Shown here: positions 57,752 through 64,000 of the stretch, one piece after another | Numbering within the stretch: the stretch's first letter is position 1 | Layout of the letters: every line of letters begins with the position of its first letter | Assembly (NCBI GenBank): GCA_027021705.1 | Contig: JALUTT010000092.1 | Location: 1-64,000 of the forward strand | Direction: 5' to 3' | Length of the DNA: 64,000 bases | Origin: Anaerolineae bacterium | Lineage (GTDB): Bacteria; Chloroflexota; Anaerolineae; S140-20 | Made by a program: the position numbers and the translations under genes | Notes under the pieces: generated by a model | Databases searched by the model: none | The model's input: the letters and a program-made list of their open reading frames with translations, nothing else | What the model was told of the DNA's origin: nothing

Positions 57752-60040
57752 ATGTCTCGTTACATCGCCACCCGCGCCATCCGTGGCGCGCACGCTCTGG
57801 TCACAGAAGCCGAACTGATGCTCCAAAAGGCCCTGGCCGAGAAGGGGCCGGAGACCCCGGTCGCCTTTCCCAACACGGCTTACTACCTCCCCGTGATCTA
57901 CGGCATGACCGGCATTCCCGTCGAGAAGCTGGGCCAACTGGAGCCGGTGCTCCAACACGCGCGCGCTCTGCTGCATCCCCTCCCCTCGGAGAAGCGATGG
58001 ACGCCCTATCTGGGCGAAACCCTGGATTGTGGCATGGCGACGCTGCTGGCCGCCGAGGCCATCGAAGCCATCCGTTTCGTCTACGGGCTGCAGCCGGAAC
58101 CGATGCCCGGCTTCCGGCTGGCCGGTGGTACCGCCTTCACCAGTCCCGACAACGGGGCCGGCGGCGAGAGCCTGGACGGCCATCTCAACGGTCCCATTGA
58201 CGACATCCAGTTGCGCACGTGGGGGATCCAGTTGGTGGACGGGCGGATGCCGGGCTTCGCTGCCATCATCGGCGCGGCCAAGTCCAACGAGGTCGCCGTG
58301 AAGATCGTGCGCGAGCTCCAGCAACGGAATATCCTCTGTTTCCTCGCCGGCAACGTCAACGGGCGGAGCATCATCCACCAGTTGATCGAGGAAGGGGTCG
58401 AGCTGGGCTACGACACCTACACTGTCCCCTTTGGCACAGACACCATCAGCGCCATCTACGCCTTGGGCTTCGCCGTCCGCTCAGCCCTCACCTTCGGCGG
58501 CCTCAAGGGCGGCCAGGCCCGGGAAATCCTGCTCTACAACAAGGACCGTGTCTTCGCCTTCGTCCTGGCCCTGGGCGAGGTGGACGACCTGAAGTACGCC
58601 GCCGCCGCCGGCGCCATCAACTTCGGTTTCCCCGTCATCGCCGACACCGTCATCCCCGAGATCCTGCCCACGGGCATCACCACCTATGAGCACGTGGTCA
58701 GCATGCCCTTCAACGAGATCGAGGGCAAGGACGACTTGGAGCGGGCCGAGCGGCTGGTGCAGAAGTGCATCGAAGTGCGCGGCGTCAAGATCAAGGTTAC
58801 CAAAGTGCCCGTCCCCGTCCCCTACGGCTCCGCCTTCGAGGGCGAGGTCGTGCGGCGGGCCGACATGCGGATCGAGTTCGGCGGCAAGTACTCCCGCGCC
58901 TTCGAGTACCTCTACATGGCTCCTCTCAACGAGGTGGTGGACGGGCGCGTCGAGGTCGTCGGACCCGGCTTCGAGGAGGTCCCCGAACAGGGCCACATGG
59001 ACCTGGGCATCGTGGTCAAGGTGGCCGGCCGGGGGATGCAGGAGGACTTCGAGCCGGTGCTGGAACGCCAGATCCACTACTTCATCAACGGGGCCTCCGG
59101 CGTCCAGCACATCGGCCAGCGCGACATCGCCTGGATCCGCATCTCCAAAGCGGCGGCGGAGAAGGGCTTCAACTTGGAGCACCTGGGCAAGATCCTGCAC
59201 GCCCGCTTCCACGCCGACTTCGGGGCCATCGTGGACAAAGTCGAGGTGACCATCTTCACCGATCCCGACCGGATCGAGGAGTGGCTGCGGGAGGCCCGCA
59301 AAGCCTACGACCGACGCAACAAGCGGCTGGCCGACCTGACCGACGAATCGGTCAACGAGTTTTACTCCTGCACCCTCTGCCAGTCCTTCGCCCCCAACCA
59401 CGTCTGCGTCATCAGCCCCCAACGGCTAGGACTCTGCGGGGCCTACAACTGGCTGGACTGCAAGGCCTCCTACAACATCAACCCCACCGGCCCCAACCAG
59501 CCCATCAAGCTGGGCACCTGCATTGACCCGGTGAAGGGGTACTGGACGGGGATCAACGAGTACGCCCGCATTGCCTCCCACGGCACCGTTGAAGAGGTGG
59601 CGATGTACTCGATTATGGAAAACCCGATGACCGCCTGCGGCTGCTTCGAGTGCATCGTCATGCTCATCCCCGAGGCAAACGGCGTGATGGTGGTCAGCCG
59701 GGAGGACTCCAGCATGACGCCGGCGGGCATGACCTTCAGCACCCTGGCCGGGATGGTCGGCGGCGGCATCCAGACCCCCGGCGTGATGGGCGTGGGCAAG
59801 TACTACCTGCTCAGCCCCAAGTTCATCTCCGCCGACGGCGGCTTCAAGCGGGTGGTCTGGATGAGCAGCATCCTCAAAGAGACGATGGCCGAGGAACTCC
59901 ACGCCGTCGCCACCCGCGAGGGCGATCCTGAGCTGATCTCCCGCATCGCCGACGAACGCTACGCCGTCACCGTTGAGGAACTGCTGGCCTGGCTGGAGGA
60001 ACACGACCATCCTGCCCTGACTATGCCGCCTATCTTCTGA
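57752..60040 (+). CDS. acsB: Acetyl-CoA synthase subunit, bacterial type
   Basis: FPNTAY.LP, FEPVLER..H, CTLCQSFAPNHVC, GLCGA, PMTACGCFE; SD ggaggagg before ATG 57752. Confidence 0.96.
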   Translation: MSRYIATRAIRGAHALVTEAELMLQKALAEKGPETPVAFPNTAYYLPVIYGMTGIPVEKLGQLEPVLQHARALLHPLPSEKRWTPYLGETLDCGMATLLAAEAIEAIRFVYGLQPEPMPGFRLAGGTAFTSPDNGAGGESLDGHLNGPIDDIQLRTWGIQLVDGRMPGFAAIIGAAKSNEVAVKIVRELQQRNILCFLAGNVNGRSIIHQLIEEGVELGYDTYTVPFGTDTISAIYALGFAVRSALTFGGLKGGQAREILLYNKDRVFAFVLALGEVDDLKYAAAAGAINFGFPVIADTVIPEILPTGITTYEHVVSMPFNEIEGKDDLERAERLVQKCIEVRGVKIKVTKVPVPVPYGSAFEGEVVRRADMRIEFGGKYSRAFEYLYMAPLNEVVDGRVEVVGPGFEEVPEQGHMDLGIVVKVAGRGMQEDFEPVLERQIHYFINGASGVQHIGQRDIAWIRISKAAAEKGFNLEHLGKILHARFHADFGAIVDKVEVTIFTDPDRIEEWLREARKAYDRRNKRLADLTDESVNEFYSCTLCQSFAPNHVCVISPQRLGLCGAYNWLDCKASYNINPTGPNQPIKLGTCIDPVKGYWTGINEYARIASHGTVEEVAMYSIMENPMTACGCFECIVMLIPEANGVMVVSREDSSMTPAGMTFSTLAGMVGGGIQTPGVMGVGKYYLLSPKFISADGGFKRVVWMSSILKETMAEELHAVATREGDPELISRIADERYAVTVEELLAWLEEHDHPALTMPPIF

Positions 60041-60488
60041 CAGACGCGCCGAGGGGTGGTCTCCCGCCGAGGCGTGCCATCGCTCCGCCACCTGTCGGAC
60101 GTGGACCATAAGGCTGCACGGGGAGGCCCTCTTAACCTCGGCCGGAATGGGAATTCCGGCCTGCGGGGCAGCTCGCCGGGTTTGGCTCCCTTGGCCTGTG
60201 GAACGTCCGGGTAGGATCGAGTGACCGACGTCCCGTGGGAGACCACCCGACGGAGAGGGTGGGGGACGTTCTCGGTATGGTGTCCCCTTCCCTCCCCGTC
60301 TGGGACGGCCCTCCTCTTCCTCTCTTCCAGGTTGAGGTGAGCTGCAATCCGTGAATTCGTTCGGGATTCGTTGACTGGGTGCCGATGGAGCGACCCGCAG
60401 GTCGCCCGTAGGCACAGAGTTTAGCCGGTGCTGTATCGCACCTCCAAGCCCATCCAGACGAGAGACCGGAAATACGCAGGAGTGAGCT

Positions 60489-61472
60489 ATGCCTCTCGAA
60501 ATTCCGAAAGACAAATGGCCCGGTTCCGTTCGCACCATCACCATCGGGGCCACCCCCGAGGAGGGGGGGACCCGCGCCTGTACCGTCACCGTCGGGGGGG
60601 AGACGACGATGCCCTTCCTCCACTTTGAGGGCGAGATTCCCCACCGACCGGTGGTGGCCATCGAGATCCGAGACCGCCGGCCCGACGATTGGTCCCCGCT
60701 GCTCCTGGAGACCTGGGGGGAGGTGGTGAACGACCCGGCCGCCTGGGCCAAAGCGGCCGAGGAGGCCGGCGCCGACCTGATCCAGCTCTCCCTCAGCCTG
60801 ACCGACGGCGACGGGGAGACCACCACCCCCGAGGCCGCCGTCGCCGCCGTCCGGGCGGTGCTTCAGGCCAGCGGGCTGCCGCTGATGGTCTTCGGGCCCG
60901 GCCAGGCCGAGGTGGACAACCAACTGCTGGTCGCGGTGGCCGAGGCAACCGCCGGGGAACGGCTGGTGCTGGGCATCTGCGAGGACAAGAACTACCGCAC
61001 CATCGTCGCCACGGCGATGGCCAACGGCCACCTGGTCAACGCCCGCACCCCGATGGACGTCAATCTGGCCAAGCAGCTCAACATCCTCATCAGCGATATG
61101 GGCTTTCCCCTCGACCGCATCCTGATGGACCCGACCACAGCCGCCCTGGGCTACGGCATCGAGTACGGCTTCTCCGCGATGGAACGGCTGCGCCTGGCCG
61201 CGCTCCAGGGGGATGCCATGACCCAGTTCCCGATGCTCGTCACCCCCGGCTTCGAGGCCTGGAAGACCAAAGAGGCCAAAGTCGGTGAGGAGGTGCCGGC
61301 CGAGTGGGGCGACTGGCTGGAGCGGGCCGTCCATTGGGAGACCCTCACCGCCGTTACCCTGCTGGAGGCCGGGGCCGACATCCTCGTCCTCCGCCATCCC
61401 GAGAGCGTGCGCCGGGTCAAGGCTGCCATTGACGACCTGATGACCGTGCGCGAAGTGGAAGCAGTGGCGTGA
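60489..61472 (+). CDS. acsD: Corrinoid iron-sulfur protein small subunit
   Basis: GGE...PF..FEG, DVNLAKQLN, MDPT..ALGYG.EY..S.MER.R. Confidence 0.94.
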   Translation: MPLEIPKDKWPGSVRTITIGATPEEGGTRACTVTVGGETTMPFLHFEGEIPHRPVVAIEIRDRRPDDWSPLLLETWGEVVNDPAAWAKAAEEAGADLIQLSLSLTDGDGETTTPEAAVAAVRAVLQASGLPLMVFGPGQAEVDNQLLVAVAEATAGERLVLGICEDKNYRTIVATAMANGHLVNARTPMDVNLAKQLNILISDMGFPLDRILMDPTTAALGYGIEYGFSAMERLRLAALQGDAMTQFPMLVTPGFEAWKTKEAKVGEEVPAEWGDWLERAVHWETLTAVTLLEAGADILVLRHPESVRRVKAAIDDLMTVREVEAVA

Positions 61473-61487
61473 TAAGGAGACAGCGCT

Positions 61488-62831
61488 ATGGCCCTGACGG
61501 GAATCCAGATCTACAAGCTTCTGCCCAAGACCAACTGCAAGGATTGCGGCTTCCCCACCTGCCTGGCTTTCGCCATGAAGCTGGCCGCCAAACAGGTGGA
61601 ACTCTCCGCTTGCCCCCACATCAGCGAGGAGGCCAAGGCGGTCCTCGCCGAGTCCGCCTCTCCGCCCATCCGGCTGGTGACCCTCAAGGCCGATGGTTAC
61701 GAGGTCAAGGCGGGCAACGAGGTGGTCCTCTTCCGCCACGAGAAGAAGTTCTACCACAAGCCTGGCTTCTTCATCCGGGTGCGTGATGATGCCTCCTTGG
61801 ACCAGATCAGGGAGAGGGTAGCCGCCACCGATGCCTACACTGTGAACTACGTGGGGATGGACCTGACGCTGGACGGCTTCGCTGTGGAGTCGGCCTCCGG
61901 CGACCCGACCACCTTCTCCCAGGCGATCAGCGCGGTCCGGGCCGTCAGCCAACGCCCCCTCATCCTGATGAGCCGGGACCCGGGGGTGATGGCGGCCGGC
62001 CTCCAGGCAGTGAATGGTGAGGCCCCCCTCATCTACGCCGCCGACGCCGACAACTGGGAGGCGATGGCCGACCTGGCCAAGCAGCACCAGGCTCCCCTGG
62101 CCGTCTTCGCCGACTCCCTGGAGGGGCTGGCCGACCTGACCCAGAAGATCAAGGCCAAAGGTGTGGAGGATATGGTCCTGGACCACGGGGCGCGGGACCT
62201 GGGCACATCCCTTGCCCGCAACACCGTGATCCGCCGCCTGGCCCTGAAGAAGACCTTCCGTCCCCTGGGCTATCCCATCATCGCCTTCCCCGGCGACGCC
62301 GGCGATGCAGCCTGGGAAGCGATCTTGGCCGCCCACGCCGTCGCCAAGTACGCCGGTTTCATCGTCCTGGACCACACCGCGCCGGAGATGCTCTACCCGC
62401 TGCTGGTCCTGCGGGAGAACATCTACACCGACCCGCAGAAGCCAATCCAGGTCCAGCCCGGCCTCTACGAGATCAACGACCCCTCGCCGGAGGACCCGGT
62501 CCTGGCGACCACCAACTTCAGCATCACCTACTTCAGCGTAGCCAATGAGGTGGAAGGGGCCGGCCTGCCCGCCTGGCTCCTGGTGACCGATGCCGAGGGG
62601 ATGAGCGTCCTCACCGCCTGGGCGGCGGGCAAGTTCGACGCCGAGCGCATCGCCAAGGATGTCCGGCGCTTCCACGTCCCCGACAAGGTCCATCGCAAGC
62701 GGATCGTCATCCCCGGCCACGTGGCGGTCATCTCCGGGGAGCTGGAGGAAGAGCTGCCCGACTGGGAGGTGCGCGTTGGCCCTCGGGAGGCGGTGGACCT
62801 GCCCACCTATATGAAAGAGGCCCTCGTGTGA
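61488..62831 (+). CDS. acsC: Corrinoid iron-sulfur protein large subunit
   Basis: IYKLLPKTNCKDCG.PTCLAFA, IYTDPQKP, TTNFSITY, SVLTAWAAGKF, GPREA. Confidence 0.95.
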   Translation: MALTGIQIYKLLPKTNCKDCGFPTCLAFAMKLAAKQVELSACPHISEEAKAVLAESASPPIRLVTLKADGYEVKAGNEVVLFRHEKKFYHKPGFFIRVRDDASLDQIRERVAATDAYTVNYVGMDLTLDGFAVESASGDPTTFSQAISAVRAVSQRPLILMSRDPGVMAAGLQAVNGEAPLIYAADADNWEAMADLAKQHQAPLAVFADSLEGLADLTQKIKAKGVEDMVLDHGARDLGTSLARNTVIRRLALKKTFRPLGYPIIAFPGDAGDAAWEAILAAHAVAKYAGFIVLDHTAPEMLYPLLVLRENIYTDPQKPIQVQPGLYEINDPSPEDPVLATTNFSITYFSVANEVEGAGLPAWLLVTDAEGMSVLTAWAAGKFDAERIAKDVRRFHVPDKVHRKRIVIPGHVAVISGELEEELPDWEVRVGPREAVDLPTYMKEALV

Positions 62832-62835
62832 CCCT

Positions 62836-64000
62836 ATGGCTGAACACCTCGTCCAGTTCGACGGTAGAGAACCGGTGCGCGTGCCCACGGGCACGCTGCT
62901 GATCGAGGCAGCCCGGCTGGCCGGGGTGGAGATCCTCCAACCCTGCGGCGGTCAGGGACGGTGTGGCCGCTGTGCTGTCCAGGTGGTTAACGGTGACGTG
63001 CGCCGCCGCAGCACCCTGCGCCTCTCGCCCGAGGACGTGGCCCAGGGCTATGCCCTGGCCTGCCAGTCGGTGGTCGAGGGAGATGTCACCGTCATCGTGC
63101 CGCCCCAGGAGAAGCTGGAGCGGCGGCTGACCACCGATCGCACCGTCGCCGAGGTCACCGTCCCGGCCGGCTACGACCCCCAGACCGCCCAGACCATCCG
63201 CCGGATCGCCCTCACCCTCCCGCCCCCCAGCCTGGACGACCAGACGGACGACTGGAGCCGCCTCCAGACGGCCCTCCGGCGGCAGGCCGGCATCGCCGAG
63301 GTCCAGATCTCCCTGCCGCTCCTGCGGCGCATCGGGCCGGTGCTGCGGGAGGGGGCGTGGCGGGTGACGGCGGTCCTGGACACGATGGCCTGGGACTGCC
63401 CCGGCTGTCCCGCCCGTCTGATTGACCTGCGCCCCGGCCACGAGCCGGAGGATGCCCCCCTGTGGGGAGCCGCCGTGGACGTGGGCACCACCACCGTCAC
63501 CGTCTGGCTGGTGGACCTGCTGACCGGTCAGGTGCGGGCTCAGGTGGCCGAGTACAACCGCCAGATCACCCGGGGCGAGGACGTCATCTCCCGCATCATC
63601 TACGCCAGCAAGAACAACGGCGGCGAGGAGATGCGGGCCCTGGCCTTGGAGACCATCAACGAGCTGCTGGACCGGGCCTGCAAGCGGACCCGGGCCAAGC
63701 CGGAGGAGATCGTCAAGGTCACCATCGCCGGCAACAGCACGATGATGCACCTGCTCCTGGGCATCCCGGCCGAGAGCATCCGTCTGACGCCTTTCGTGAC
63801 GGTGGTGAACCATGTGCCCACCCTCCGCGCCCAGGAGGTCGGCCTGCTCGCCCACCCCGAGGCGACGGTGGACTGCCTGCCGGGCGTCGCCAGCTACGTC
63901 GGGGCCGACATCACGGCCGGCGTCCTCGCCGCCGGCCTGGACGAGACCGATCAGGTTACCCTCTTCATGGACATCGGCACCAACGGGGAGACGGTGCTGG
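62836..64000 (+). CDS. Corrinoid reductive activator RACo/AcsV (2Fe-2S + ASKHA ATPase), truncated by the window end
   Basis: Read directly (not in the ORF track): MAEHLVQFD...PCGGQGRCGRC...LACQ, DVGTTT, G.DVISRI, VGADI, DIGTNGE. Confidence 0.88.
   Translation, partial: MAEHLVQFDGREPVRVPTGTLLIEAARLAGVEILQPCGGQGRCGRCAVQVVNGDVRRRSTLRLSPEDVAQGYALACQSVVEGDVTVIVPPQEKLERRLTTDRTVAEVTVPAGYDPQTAQTIRRIALTLPPPSLDDQTDDWSRLQTALRRQAGIAEVQISLPLLRRIGPVLREGAWRVTAVLDTMAWDCPGCPARLIDLRPGHEPEDAPLWGAAVDVGTTTVTVWLVDLLTGQVRAQVAEYNRQITRGEDVISRIIYASKNNGGEEMRALALETINELLDRACKRTRAKPEEIVKVTIAGNSTMMHLLLGIPAESIRLTPFVTVVNHVPTLRAQEVGLLAHPEATVDCLPGVASYVGADITAGVLAAGLDETDQVTLFMDIGTNGETVL

Noticed and set aside
60041..60488. Cobalamin riboswitch before the corrinoid protein genes
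   Set aside because: Could not find the B12-box or GCCACTG core in the right order; needs Infernal to exclude fully
60132..62894. 920-aa antisense ORF, and other long shadow ORFs such as 30005-31924, 22466-24376 and 10094-11605
   Set aside because: They lie opposite well-supported genes and reflect GC-rich codon bias; no recognisable motifs

Overview
GC-rich bacterial chromosome segment, most consistent with a Chloroflexota (Anaerolineae-like) anaerobe; this is inferred from gene content and protein styles, not proven. Left to right: a repeat/coiled-coil nuclease-like gene, a five-GAF histidine kinase, rpoD and yceD, a his operon (hisG-D-C-B-H-A-F) interrupted by four non-his genes, rpmF-fabD-fabG-nusB-tatBC, a vapBC pair, a secreted PL8-like lyase, an MFS transporter and mgsA, an 858-aa unknown protein with an HxxxDG motif, a disulfide oxidoreductase, maeB, a ferredoxin with a NarX/NarL-type two-component system, lysK, a 12.7-kb signalling operon, hsp20, an ABC-ATPase/TOPRIM-like pair, rsmD, and the start of a Wood-Ljungdahl CODH/ACS cluster (HMA-like gene, cooS/acsA, acsB, acsD, acsC, truncated RACo). 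The best candidate for an undescribed system is the 38.6-51.3 kb operon: GAF protein with a distinctive tail, Arg-type MinD/ParA ATPase, wHTH-cNMP-pseudo-patatin, receiver, two hybrid kinases and an adenylate cyclase that shares its N-terminus with the first gene. Other notable items are a His-substituted HMA protein ahead of CODH, a MITE family with target-site duplications, a second inverted-repeat family, and nuclease-like genes with their own promoters inside the his operon. No tRNA, rRNA, CRISPR array or transposase was recognised. All family calls are by eye from motifs; no database searches were run.
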